NCBI GenBank assembly: GCA_951406725.2
Contig: OX597816.1
Span: 53,258,001 to 53,322,000, forward strand
DNA: 64,000 nt
From: Octopus vulgaris
Taxonomy: Eukaryota
Reading direction: 5' to 3'
The notes below the pieces were generated by a model, which saw nothing but the letters and a program-made list of their open reading frames with translations, did not search any database and was not told the DNA's origin. Of this stretch, positions 12,771 to 26,199 are shown in pieces. The position numbers were made by a program, and so were the translations under genes. How positions within the stretch are numbered: the stretch's first letter is position 1; the number at the start of each line of letters is the position of its first letter.

Positions 12771-13570
12771 GGAACTTTTTGTGACCCTTCTGCCTTTAGT
12801 AACAATTAAATAATGAAGAGCTTATTGCATACGATGCTCAGATGCACTACAACTAGCAGTTGTAAAATGATAAACAGGCGGCAGACAACAGCAATAAGTC
12901 AAGAGAAGAGACACAGTTGAAAGCTAAAAGTGTATGTACAGTACACAGAACAAAACACAAAATGACAGATAAGCGGACATTAAAAGAACGATAAAAGAAC
13001 CAGAAAGGGGGCATAGAGAAAGTTTATGTCCCTTTTTTAAAATTCACAATTTCGCCCCAACCACTCCTACGAAAAAATTGTCTTGGCCAAGGTACGTATT
13101 TTCAGTTACGTTGATGAATGAGTCAACGAGAATCGTGCGTCTTTGTCATGAGAAAAGTGCAGTGATAGAATGAATACTAACAACACTTCAGTAAACTGTA
13201 AAATAAGCGCTGGCATTTACTGCAGGAGGAGAGCAAGAAAATTTTAATTCTTCGTCATACGACGCACTGCAGCGAGGAAAGAAAAACATTGCATCAACGT
13301 TAAAATCGGCCAAACGGTGTCAAGGGGGACAACTCTAATTCTCAAATGCTGACAATTGATTAACGAATTCGAAATTTCAACTAAAATTAGAAACAGGCAT
13401 GGAATTATGGGGAAAGTGATAATCTTGCGCAAGGTAATTCAAGGTATTTGATCGTTTGTATGTGTGCTTGTGTATGTGTGTGTCTGTCTGTGTGTGTGGG
13501 GGAGAGAGAGAGAGAGAGAGAGAGAGTGCTGCTCTGCGTTTCTCTGAATAAACAATGTTTATACATCTGA

Positions 13571-13802
13571 GGCGGCGAGCTGGCAGAATCGTTAGCACAC
13601 CGGGCGAAATGCGTAGCCGTATTTCGTCTGCCGTTACGTTCTGAGTTCAAATTCCACCGAGGTCGACTTTGCCTTTCATCCTTTCGTGGTCGATAAATTA
13701 AGTACCAGTTACGCACTGGGGTCGATATAATCGACTTAATCCGTTTGTCTGTCCTTGTTTGTCCTCTCTGTGTTTAGCCCCTTGTGGGTAGTAAAGAAAT
13801 AG
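13571..13802 (+). mobile_element. SINE family B, near-consensus with CpGs intact
   Basis: GGCGGCGAGCTGGCAGAATCG...GCCCCTTGTGGGTAGTAAAGAAATAG. Confidence 0.85.
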
Positions 13803-14104
13803 ATATCTGAATGTACAGGTGCAGGACGTTTGATCTCACGATTGTGAATTGTTTTCTGAGAAGCGGTGGCGCGTTGCTCCTTTGAGCGAACTACTTTATT
13901 TCACGCAACTTTTCTTTTCACTCAGTTGAAAACGTAAGTACCAGCGACAGCTGGAGTAAAAAAGGTTAACCCTGCAGCTTATTAGCGCCCCTTTCACAAG
14001 AGGAAGAAGAAGAAGAGCTTACTACTTTCACTCATTTCAATACCATGGAAACCGAGGTAAACTCGGACCTAATGGGCCTGCAGACTCGAGAAGGACTTTT
14101 AACA

Positions 14105-14307
14105 GGCGATCTTTCGGTACAAGTACCACAACTGCCAATTATAAACCCACGTGGGTTTATTTACATTTCTGAAGAAAAAAGAAACCCTTTTTCCTCACCC
14201 CTAATCCTACATATAAAAAAAAAAAAAAACTTTACGGAGAGTGACGATCTTCTTCAAATGTAAACAAACAGACGTTGCAATTATGGTACTTGTACCGAAA
14301 GATCGCC
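14105..14307. mobile_element. MITE with 31-bp TIRs
   Basis: GGCGATCTTTCGGTACAAGTACCACAACTGC (14105-14135) against its inverted copy at 14277-14307, 29/31 matching. Confidence 0.75.
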
Positions 14308-14391
14308 CTTTTAATTTTTCTACGCACTAGTTGATGTTTTGAGATAGCATTTCCAGCCAGTCTGTGTCATAAATAAATAAATAAATACTAG

Positions 14392-14749
14392 TTACCTTCG
14401 CCTTAGCGAAGGCAGAGGTATTGTTTCAGTCATATTTGTTTGTCCGTGGACAAGATATCTCAAGAACCGCTGAATGAATTCAGATAAAACTTTCAGGGAT
14501 GTTTGGCCTCATGACTGGTATGAACTGATTACATTTGGGGATCGATCCAGTACTGGACAAGGATTTTGGATAATTTTTCTGATTTTTAAAAATTAATTTT
14601 TGAGAGGGGTTGGGTTCATTTTTAGTATGATTGTGGGAACAGTCGAGTTTATTTCTAATATTCTCATTTAAAAAATCATCTCTGGTTAATCATAGAGAAT
14701 ATGTTGGTGTTGCCTTGGCGGAGGTTTGCGCTCTTTGAGTGCTCTTGTT
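14392..14749 (+). mobile_element. Non-autonomous Helentron/DINE-1-like element
   Basis: Sub-terminal inverted repeat TACCTTCGCC ... GGCGGAGGT followed by a 3' hairpin GCGCTC-TTT-GAGTGC and CTTGTT. Internal GTTTGTTTGTCCGT. Confidence 0.7.
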
Positions 14750-14881
14750 ATTAATTATATTAAGCATACCCTTGCCCAAAGTGTATAATCTTCTACCAAA
14801 GTTAAAAGTCAGTATTATCACTTATTTTATTTTTATTTTATTCATTCATTTATTTATCTTATCTTTTTTTCTTCTTTTCAG

Positions 14882-14911
14882 TATTTCACATCAGCAAAAT
14901 CTTTCATGAAG
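14882..14911 (+). CDS. Candidate 30-nt micro-exon (YFTSAKSFMK in phase 0, xFHISKIFHE in phase 1, or UTR plus ATG AAG)
   Basis: Long polypyrimidine tract ending TTTTCAG| at 14881 and donor AAG|GTAAGC at 14911/14912. Length is divisible by 3. Confidence 0.35.
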
Positions 14912-15473
14912 GTAAGCATAAAATGTATATTTAGCATAAGTGTTGTTTTAATAGTAGTAGGTCTGTTTATTTGGTTTAGATATGCTTTTTGAATGCTGGC
15001 ATTGATTGGATGAATATTTATTTTGAAGCAATATTTTATGGTTGAATGACCTTCTGGTTGCAAACTCATACCATTTTTTTTTTCCAATAAAAGATTTTTG
15101 TATATTCTATTAAATTTTGAAATTGCGGATCTATACAATATATTTTTCATATGGCATCACCGTTTTTCGCTCATCATAAACAAACGTACACACACACACA
15201 CAAACATATGCATGCAACACCCATATATATTCCCACAGTAGTCTTTTTTCTGTTTACTAATTACACTCATAAGGTATTAGACACTTTTGAGGCTATAATA
15301 AAAGACATTCTTTTCCTAAAGGGCCACCCAGTTAACCTGAACCTGAGACCAGGTAGTCACAAAGTAAACTTTTTAATCACACCCCCTCCTTCATATCTGT
15401 TCACAATCCATAAAGTGATAAGTGTTCAGATTTATAACAGGCAAAATTTAAAAGAATTAATTGAATCAAATAT

Positions 15474-16361
15474 GTTTTGCAAACAACTTGCACATGCAAT
15501 TGCTACCAGTCAAGAGCTCAGCATACTGGAAGCCAGCAAGTGTATGGGGTCATCAGGAGGGGTCTACCTCTCGACAGTGTCAATGCGCACCAGTCCCCCT
15601 CACTGATATGAAGCCCCACTTGCTAGATCAACTGGTTATCAAATAAAGCTCAATATTCTTCTAGCCATCGCTCATCATCTCTTTTTAACCAAATCCAGTG
15701 GCTAGCCTTTTCCACTGTAGCTTAGATATCAGTCATGGTGGTATTTACTTAACGATGAGTTAGGCCTAATGATAACAACAGTCGTCTCACACTGTGTCCA
15801 ACAAACCCTCTACATCTAACTTCAATTGGAAAATGCTCTGCTTTCCAGCCTGCATCTTCATCTTCCTTGAGGAGGTTTACATAATGGTCAATCTTTTAAG
15901 CCCGAGCAGCATCCATGTTATCTTTATGAAGAACCATTAACTCAACTAGATCCACAACTTTCTTTCCTTTACACCACATTAAAATGTCCGGTTTTTGCGT
16001 AATTGGGATGAGAAAGAATCCCTGGCATCCTGGTAAATCTGCAGTCACCTCCCAATAGCCATTCCACTTTTCATCGCTCACAGCGAGTTTGTTGTTCTTC
16101 TCCTTGGAACAGATCCACTGTCCTGGGTGCATGAAGGTAATGAAATCTTTAGTTGGTACTTACAACATGTTTTTTTCACTGTTGTTGAGGTCAATTTGGT
16201 TCTTTATAGCATTGAAGATAACCTTAAGGACCAGGTTGTGTGTTTATGTATACCTATTCAATGCTAGTGAACATTTGGAAAGAAAATGTTTCAGTGTTCC
16301 GATCTTTCCACATTTGCATATATCATTCTCTGAGATGTTCCATCTTCCTAGGATGAACAAA
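15474..16361 (-). mobile_element. HERO/NeSL-like RLE non-LTR retrotransposon, 5'-truncated and degraded
   Basis: Minus strand CKCGKIGTLKHFLSKCSLALNRYT*THN (CCHC knuckle plus RH-like), KPDILMW..KVVDLVEL (PD-D/ExK) and GWKAEHFPIEVRCRGFVG. Flanked by a 48-bp direct repeat. Confidence 0.85.
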
Positions 16362-16980
16362 TCAGATTTATAATTGACAAAATTTAAAAGAATTAATTGA
16401 ATCAAATATATATATTTCTCTTTATCATTTAATAAGTAACAAAATGCACATGCATATAGCATGTATATGGATATTTATTTTGAAGTGATATTTTATAGCT
16501 GAGTGTGTGTGTGTAGTTATAAACATGCAGAATTCTACTCAGTATTTTGCTAATTAAATAATCTGTCAGTATTTTAAAGAAATACAAAAATAGTAAAAAT
16601 ACCATAAAATCTAATTGCTGTTAAAAAGCAAGGGGATCGACAAACAGAAATAAAAAGAGACAAATTGTCAATTACATTAATAGATAATATGTGTATTACC
16701 CTCCATATTTATAAGATTATCATTTTTCAAACTATTAACCTTTTAGTGTTTTTATCTATGAATCATCAGTGATCTAAAACTGCCGTAATAACTTAATTTA
16801 CAAGTAAAAGTTCCAAGTTCAAATCCAGTCTGGTACTATGTTCACAATTTCAGTTTAAATCTGAGCAGATCTATAGTCAAAAGCATTCTTTCTATTTTTT
16901 TATCTCAGGCAATTTTTATCCCAAGCATAGATTAGCTAGAACTACATCTTCTAACATGCCCTTCATTTTCCTAAAATGAT

Positions 16981-17156
16981 AGGCGCAGGAGTGGCTGTTT
17001 TGTAAGTAGCTTGCTAACCAACCACATGGTTCCGGGTTCAGTCCCACTGCGTGGCATCTTGGGCAAGTATCTTCTGCTATAGCCCTGGGCCGACCAATGC
17101 CTTGTGAGCAGATTTGGTAGACAGAAACTGAAAGAAGCCTGTCGTATATATGTATG

Positions 17157-17193
<37 letters not shown>

Positions 17194-17387
17194 CTGTGTT
17201 TGTCCCCCTAGCATTGTTTGACAACCGATGCTGGTGTGTTTACGTCCCTGTCACTTAGCGGTTCGGCAAAAGAGACTGATAGGATAAGTACTGGGCTTAC
17301 AAAGAATAAGTCCCAGGGTCGATTTGCTCGACTAAAGGCGGTGCTCCAGCATGGCCGCAGTCAAATGACTGAAACAAGTAAAAGAGT
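16981..17387 (+). mobile_element. SINE family A
   Basis: Full-length copy. Confidence 0.85.
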
Positions 17388-17874
17388 ATGTGACCTGAGA
17401 CAGATTTGAGGTCCCTTGACCTGCTATTTCTAGCAAATTGAACGATCATACACAGGCTCCTTAATTGTCGCACAAAACATCTGAATATTGAAAGTTTATT
17501 TGTGGGGAGGGGGTTGTCTTTAAAGATGGTTATTATAACCTGAATATTTGTAGACAATATTCTTCTTCATGATATTTCATGCCAGGCGTCTGAATATTAA
17601 ATGTAGCGTGTTTATGGAAAACCTTATCTTTTCTTTTATTTTTTATTCATTTTAGTTATTGAAGGGTTTAATCAAGCAAATGAACCCTCGTAATTATTGG
17701 TCCTTTTTGCCACACCACTAAGCTATGGGGACATAAACCGTTGTCGAGCAGTGGGAAGGACAAACACAAATAAAAAGACACACACACATCACACATACAT
17801 ATATGATGGACTTTCATCATCAGATGATGTATGAGGGTTCGACAATTTCTTACTGAACAACCAGACAATATATA

Positions 17875-17908
<34 letters not shown>

Positions 17909-17966
17909 ATATACAATATATATGATATATATATCTATATACAATATATATGATATATATATATAT

Positions 17967-18162
17967 ATTTATTATATAGAAGGAGCTTCTACAGGACTAG
18001 AACTGTTTCATTCAAGAGAAATCTTCAGGAAGCTCTGAAGATTTCTCTTGAATGAAACAGTTCTAGTCCTGTAGAAGCTCCTTCTATATAATAAATTAAT
18101 TTTACTCTGCTATGTATTGAGTACCTTATTTACTGTGGTTAACCCCGAATCAACCCGGGACC

Positions 18163-18165
<3 letters not shown>
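17967..18165. mobile_element. Penelope-like remnant with inverted (palindromic) pLTR in a (TA)n tract
   Basis: Perfect 62-bp inverted repeat, 17967-18028 / 18035-18096, with a 6-nt spacer. Contains the hammerhead motif. Confidence 0.6.
17983..18035 (-). ncRNA. Type I hammerhead ribozyme motif (Penelope-like)
   Basis: GAGCTTC-CTGAAGA-TTTC(TCTT)GAAT-GAAA-CAG(TTCTAGTC)CTG-TA^-GAAGCTC. 7-bp stem I, intact CUGANGA/GAAA core, 4-bp stem III, GUA cleavage triplet. Stem II closes with an atypical U-U. Confidence 0.65.
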
Positions 18166-18208
<43 letters not shown>

Positions 18209-18470
18209 CACAATATATATGATATATATATATATATCATCATCATCATCATTTAAAGTCCGCTTTCCATGCTAGCATGGGTTGGACGGTTCAACTGGGG
18301 TCCGGGGAGCCCGAAGGCTGCACCAATATATATATATATGATATATGTATATATATACAATATATATGATAGAGATTATATACAATATATATGATAGAGA
18401 TTATATACAATATATATGATATACATATATATATATATATACAATATATATGATATACATATATATATAT

Positions 18471-18536
<66 letters not shown>

Positions 18537-18571
18537 ATACATATATATATATACAATATATATGATATATA

Positions 18572-18606
<35 letters not shown>

Positions 18607-19498
18607 ATATATGATATATATACATACGATGGGCAGCCACAGTTTGTGCCTACCAAATTTACTCACAAGGCATTGGTTGGCCTGAGGCTATAGTAAAAGA
18701 TGCTTGCCCAATGTGCAACGTAGTAGGATTGAACCCAAAATCACATGGTTGCAGAGCAAGCTTCTTAACCACACAGCCATGCCTGCACCTATTTATTTCC
18801 TGAGAATGTCTGATATTTCATGCAATTTTCTGACAAATGTTAGGGTTTTTAGTCAATCAAATTAACTCCAATACTTAATTTATCAGGCACTTTTGTTGAA
18901 CTATTAGGATGGAAAGGAGCTTAAATAAATCCATGCCAGAGTGGGATGACTTGTAGGTCCCTTGCAAGACTTAGGAGCCATATGAGATGTCATCAGCAAT
19001 GGGGAGACCAAATGTGAGATGTTTCTTAGACCAAAATAGGTTTAAGTAGTGGTCTTACTTAGTCACGAGTTGACTTCCACCATATATGTATACAAGTTTC
19101 TGCACAGTGTCACTCAACAAAATTCACTTACAAGGTATTAGTCATCCCAGAGTCATAGTAGAAGACACTACCCAAAATCATAGGTGGCTAAGTCAGTTAC
19201 AGTTGATAATAAGTATGTTGACTGTCAGACAAAACACTTTGTAGATTTTAGTCAAACCTTTTTACATTCCGAGTTCAAATCTCACCAAGATCATCATCAC
19301 TTTTTCAGCATCTGAGAGTCAGTCGATACGATAAAAATCAGTCAATAACTGGGATTACTATACATGACCATACCTCTGTTTCCTATGGGCTGAGAGGATT
19401 TAAGAGGAGAAAGAAGGTAGATAAATTTTCATATTTAACATCAGCAAGAATTGTATCAGTTTGTATGCTTATAAGCCAAATAGGGAGTATTAAATACA

Positions 19499-19766
19499 AG
19501 TAAATAAAAATAAATAAATGCACCCTTTTAAAGCCTAGCCAGGCTCATGGGCCCAGTTTCCCGGTTTCTATGGCGTATGTGTACCCCAGCTGGATGGGAC
19601 AACAGTCCATCGCAGCGTTACTCATTTTTGCCAGCTGAGTGGACTGGAGCAATGTCAAATGAAGTGTTTTGCTCAAGAACACAATGCATCACCCGGTCCA
19701 GGAATCGAAACCACAATCTTACGATCATGATGCTGACACCCTAACCACTAAGCCACGCGCCTCCAC
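19499..19766 (-). mobile_element. tRNA-derived SINE (family C-related)
   Basis: A/B boxes on minus. 10-bp TSD ATTAAATACA at 19489-19498 and 19767-19776. Confidence 0.85.
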
Positions 19767-21565
19767 ATTAAATACATGTATGAACGTAATTTTTGTTGAT
19801 ATGAAAAATGAATGGAGTTGTAAATGAAAATATCTTCTAATTTTCATTAAGGTCTCCCTTCTTTTTTGACATCTTAAAACATTTATAATGAAGATAGTGT
19901 TAGTCTTTCAGAAATTCTAATATGCAGTACTAATATTTATATTATAGTATATTATAGTGTCTATTCTTGATTTTATTATAGGCTCGGGTAAAGCAGTGAG
20001 CTGGCAGAATCATTAGTGCATCATTCAAATTCCGCTGAGGTCGACTTAGCCTTTCATCCTTTCAGGGTCGATAAATTAAGTACCAGTTGCATATTGGAGT
20101 TGATCTAATCGACTGGCCCCCTCCCCCCAAATTTCAGGCCTGGTGCCTCGAGTAGAAAAAAAATCACTAGTGCATGAGACAAAGTGCTTTGCAGCATTTG
20201 TTTGGGCTTTGTACATTCTTAGTTCAAATTCCACTGACGTTGACTCTGCTGTCATCCTTTCAGGGTCAATTAAATAATTATCAGGTGAGCATTGGGGTCC
20301 ATGTAATCCATTATCTCTCCCCGAAAAGTACTTGGCATGTGCCAAAATTTAAAACAATTATAGGCGAGGCATGGCTGCACGGTTAAGAAGTTCTCTTTCC
20401 AGTCATATGCTTTTAGGCTTAGTCTTACTACATGGTACCTTGGGCAAGTGTCTTCTTCTATAACCCCTGGACTACTAGAGTCTTGTTAATGGAACTGGTA
20501 GACGGAAATTGAAATAATGCCATCGTGTGTATCAGTTTGCATGCTTATAAGCCAAATAGGGAGCATGTATGAACTTAATTTTTGTTGATATGAAAAATGA
20601 ATGGAGTTGTAAATATCTTCTAATTTTCATTAAGGTCTCCCTTCTTTTTTGACTTCTTAAAACATTCATAATGAAGATAGTATTAGTCTTTCAGAAATTC
20701 TAATATGCGGTACTAATATTTTATATTATAGTATAATGTGTGTATGTGTGTGTGTGTGTCTTTGCCTCGACATCAGGGGGTAGTTATAAATGAGCCTCAC
20801 CAAATTACAAGCAGAGTCTCTCGTGTCCAGTCTTCCGTGTAAACATATCCGGCCACTGAGAGATGTTACCCTGCTTGAAGACAAGTGACAGTTAAGGACA
20901 GGAAGGGCATTCGACCGCAGAAAAAATCTGCCTCAACGAATTTCGCATGAAAAAGTAGGTGTTAAATTAGGATGATAACAATTAAGATAGTTTTAAACTT
21001 TTCGAACATACCCAAAACTGTAGCAAAGCATTCTCATTAATAAGAGAGGAGGCGCAATCTTTCACTAATACCAGGAGAAGGGCGGATAGTATTTGAGAAG
21101 CACGATTCTGTATCTTCGTCTTAGACATTTTTTCACTCGAGTTCAGATATCTTCGGATGTATATTTCAAGGGAAATAATTCTTATATTGACTATATTATC
21201 TCCCTTACATTAGAATTTCTAGGAATGCTGGACATCCAGTTTGAAAAATTGAATCAGCTACATCCGGGTTATATGCTCGACAATCTTAGACATATCAGCC
21301 AAAACTTCGTAAAATCACACCATCCTTCGTTTAAAAATCAAAAAGGTCATTAAGTGAAATGTCACGGATAATCAAAACAAGATCCTTTCTTTAATATAAT
21401 TTTATTCATATGCTTTTTAAAATTTAAAATCTAGGTAATATATTTATCTCATATTAACATTCAAATATGATATAGTTTGATATAAGATAGTATAAAGAAT
21501 TAAAATGTATTTAGATGTATGTATATGACATATAAAACACAAAACCACATCAAAAATACATACAC

Positions 21566-22499
<934 letters not shown>

Positions 22500-22500
<1 letters not shown>

Positions 22501-22720
22501 ATACAGAATAAAAAAAATACATATAAAAAACGAGAGTAAAAATGGGAAAAAAGAAAATAAAGAAAGAAAAGAAAAAGGAAAAACACACCAATTGGTCGCA
22601 CATCGCAGGGTTCAACAGAACCTACAAGCTCGCGGCACTGCCACAGTCGATGGCGAGGCTAAGGCATTGGAACAGCCAAGCACCCACATGGGCACCAACC
22701 GACAAGAACTTCACCGTTTG
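22500..22720 (-). mobile_element. CRE-clade 3' end fragment
   Basis: GAWLFQCLSLAIDCGSAASL* on minus. Homologous to 12165-12425. Confidence 0.65.
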
Positions 22721-23096
22721 CAGACTCAAAACCAGTTTGGGGGCTGACAGTTTATTACTTTCGATTGAATGAAAGGCAAAACTGACCGAGATGAGATTTG
22801 TCACAGAACATAAAGATGAGTAAACTAAATAACTGCAGGCATTATAGTCAATGCTCCAACGATTCTGTCCGACTAGGACAATACTGTTCTTTGCTTGTAG
22901 ATCTCTTCGTTGAGAGCTGATCTGGCTTAAACAAAATCAAAAACTACTGAAATAGTACTAGGGCTCACAAAAAAAACCGATAATTCCCCAAACCGAGTTT
23001 AAGTATAAGTAATTCTCAAAAACGGTTAAAAATCGGTTTTTGCGGATTTAGAGTGGTGTCCCTGTAACGAAGAAGTTTGTCGTATATTGTATTTTA

Positions 23097-23720
23097 TATA
23101 TAATGAAATTATTGTATACAGTGCTCAGGTGCACCACAACTTGTCAGAAAGTGCATATAAAGTACATGCAGTAATGTAGAAATGTCTGGAAAGTGAACAT
23201 GCTTGTATGTGTATGGAGGGGAGAAAATCAAGTGTAGTGTTGGCGAATCTCATGGAAGCATGGAAGTTTTGAAGGATGCAGTGCTCCGACAACTAACAAC
23301 CGATGCCGGCAGTTTGTTCCACGCTTCAGCAACTCTCAGCGTGAAAAAATGTTTCCTGAAGTCATGGGAGCTGTGCTGTTTTCTTACTTTGTAAATATGT
23401 CCACGGGTGTTAGATGGGTGGAGTTTGAAGAGGTGCTCAGAGTTATTGTTTGTGCGATGGTTGATAATTTTATGGGTGTCAGCCACGTCAGCTGCCAGAC
23501 GTCGGAGTTTCAATGTGTCCATGCCCAGGGAAGTAAGGCGTTCAGGATATGGCAAATGCCTGATGGAGGGTATTCTTTTGGTTCACGTCGCTGAACAGCT
23601 TCCAGACGATTGATGTCCTGGGCAAGATAGGGGTTCCAGACCGGTGATGCAAATTCCAGGTGAGGTCTTACCATAGCTATATAAAGCCGCAGATAGATAG
23701 CCGGAGAGCGGCTCACAAAG
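23097..23720 (-). mobile_element. CR1-clade LINE, 5'-truncated and frameshifted
   Basis: LYIAMVRPHLEFASPVWNPY..DINRLEAVQRR; YPERLTSLGMDTLKLRR..TRGH..FFTLRVAEAWNKLP. Confidence 0.9.
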
Positions 23721-24609
23721 GATTCTTGACAATTTTAGCGATGTGTTTAGCGATTTTGTTTATATACATAGGGTATATATAAAACTACATAGTATGTACT
23801 AAAACTACTCTTGCTCCATATATTCCATACTCGTCACTAAGAAAGTTTTATTGATTACTTCTGCTTTATTATGATATAAACAGGGAGATCACAGCAAGTA
23901 TTGGTGAATGGGGGGCGCTGGGATTTCTTTACTTTTCTTGACTCCTTAATTGCAGTTGGTGTTGTAGAGGCCACCATCGAGACTTATGATATACCTTAAC
24001 CTTTTGAGCCTAGTGAAGTCCAGTCCTTTATACGGCTTATTTGTGTGTGTGTGTGTGCGTGCGCATATGTGAGTGCGTGCATATGTGTGTGACAGAGAGA
24101 AAAAGAAAGAGAGAGAGAGAGAAAGGGTAGTAAAAGAAAAATAGCAAAACAACATACAATTTTCTTCTTTTGTTGACATTATTCATAGATGACTATTGAT
24201 GCCTCTGGATACAAAAATCAAAACACCAAGGCTAAAATCCAAAGTTCTTGGTAAGAAAATTAAGACAATGGTCTTGAGCAGTGGTTCCCTTGCGTATTTT
24301 GTCACACAACGCTTATATGATCTTCAAAAATCACAGAATCCACACCTATACTTCACAGACCGTTACTGCCACCTTAATTTTAGTGAGACATTAAACGGAA
24401 CATAACTTAAGATAAACATCTTAGTAGAGAACTTATTCATAAATATTCACACACAAACACTCATACATACATACATACATACATACATACATACATACAT
24501 ACATACATACATTAAAATAAAATAAACGTTTATTAAGTTTCATTATAAGACTTTCGTAGAAGCCCCCAGTTTTTTGTCCGGGAGCCCATTTCCATACAAA
24601 CTGTGTATC

Positions 24610-25130
24610 TATTGTGTACTCAGATCGAATAGGAGCTTGGTCCAGGCAAACATCCCCTCCATCTTAGACCCATCTGGTTTGTCCAGACGTGATAGGAAAA
24701 TACCTGACAGCCTCTTCCCTGTGCCACTAGTCGAGAGGAAGATGCTGTGTCTGTGACGTCACAGTTAGCGACTCCTTTGCTTCTTCTCACATCCACAGCT
24801 TCTGCGGCTGAGCGGGACAAAATCCTGGAGTACCACGATCTGTCGGCCAACTACAGTTTCCATCCTGTGGCGTTCGAGACGTTTATAGGGTCAAACCACT
24901 GACTGCGAGATTCCTGTCTTCATTGGCAGCTCGCTTAGCAGAGGTAACTGGTGAAGCTCGTAAGGGCGCTTGATCGTTCTAGTGTATCAGCCTTGCCATC
25001 ACATGTGGCAATGCTGTCGTGCCTCAGAGGTCGTTAGAGAGGTTTCCCAGCGCCCCAAAACTTTCTATGTGTTCGAGTAATATGATACTATAATAATTTA
25101 TTATTGAGTTTCTATTGATTAAATAAAACG
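24610..25130 (+). mobile_element. CRE-clade RLE endonuclease region, degraded
   Basis: LVQANIPSILDPSGLSRRDRKIPDS..DVTVSDSFA..AERDKILEYHDLSANYSFHPVAFET..ISLAITCGNA, followed by AATAAA. Confidence 0.8.
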
Positions 25131-25201
25131 TTTTTCAAATTCAGCAAGGTTAAAAATTTGAAATGTTGGTTCGTTCCAGAACCTTATGCGATAGGCTTTC
25201 C

Positions 25202-25453
25202 TGGTACTATTTAAGAAGAGTGGTCTCGGTGCGCACACTCGCATACTCACGCATCTGCACTAGCTAGTCGTGACTAGTCGATCCTTACTTTGTATTTTTG
25301 TGCTTTATTTACTTTGTTTTAAAAAATTATTTATTTTACGTTTTATTTACTTTGCTAGGTAGTCGTTGTAGGATCGACTAGTCACGACTAGCTAGTGCGG
25401 ATGCGCGAGTATGCGAGTGCGCGCAACGGGACCACTCTTCTTAAATAGTACCA
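25202..25453. mobile_element. Foldback MITE with 84-bp TIRs
   Basis: Arms 25202-25285 and 25370-25453, 79/84 complementary, with an AT-rich spacer. Confidence 0.8.
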
Positions 25454-25719
25454 AGCATTAATAAGTACTTATTAATATAATATTATGAAATAATGGTGCT
25501 GAGTGTTTCCAGAAAGGCAGAACATCAGATAAAAAGCTTTACGCTGTTTAGCTCCGTTCTATTAAATTTTAAAATTCAAACGTCCCTTGGACTTGACGTT
25601 GTCTTTAGTCTTATAATCAATTTAAAAAATGAATACCAACGATGTTCTAAGTTTATGCAACCTCTTTCTTTTGTCTTTGATCAATCATATTCTAGTCAAG
25701 TTACAGAGACAAACAAATA

Positions 25720-26199
25720 CCGTAAATCCTCGAGTATAATCCACATTTTTTCCCAAAATTTAAAGGTCAAAATCCCTAGTGCGTACTATATACGAGGTTA
25801 AAAATGAAAAATATTTTCCAAGCAATGTCCAAATCTCTATTTGCTGTCTGGCAATGTTTATTCAGACGTATTTTGTGATGTCGGTCACGAAAATACCTTA
25901 AGCTAAGCCTGAAAACAATGAAGTCATAAAAGAATCATCCATAACTTGCAGTAAGCAACATTTATTAAACATTATTACTGTTATTTCTTTATTTTCTGCA
26001 AACAAAATGCACAAAAATGCTACACGTTTGTATTATGTTATATATACAATAATAATAAAGGACGTTATCGTATGCATTTTTACAAACCAAGGACGTTATA
26101 TAGACCTCCTTGACTCAAGTTAGGTTTTTCAGAGGTACAGCCCCTTAATAATACCCTGCGTATTATACTCAAGGGCGGACTATACTCGAAGATTTATGG
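25720..26199. mobile_element. Tc1/mariner-superfamily (pogo/Tc2-like) MITE
   Basis: TA|CCGTAAATCCTCGAGTATAATCC ... GGACTATACTCGAAGATTTATGG|TA, giving a TA TSD. Confidence 0.8.
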
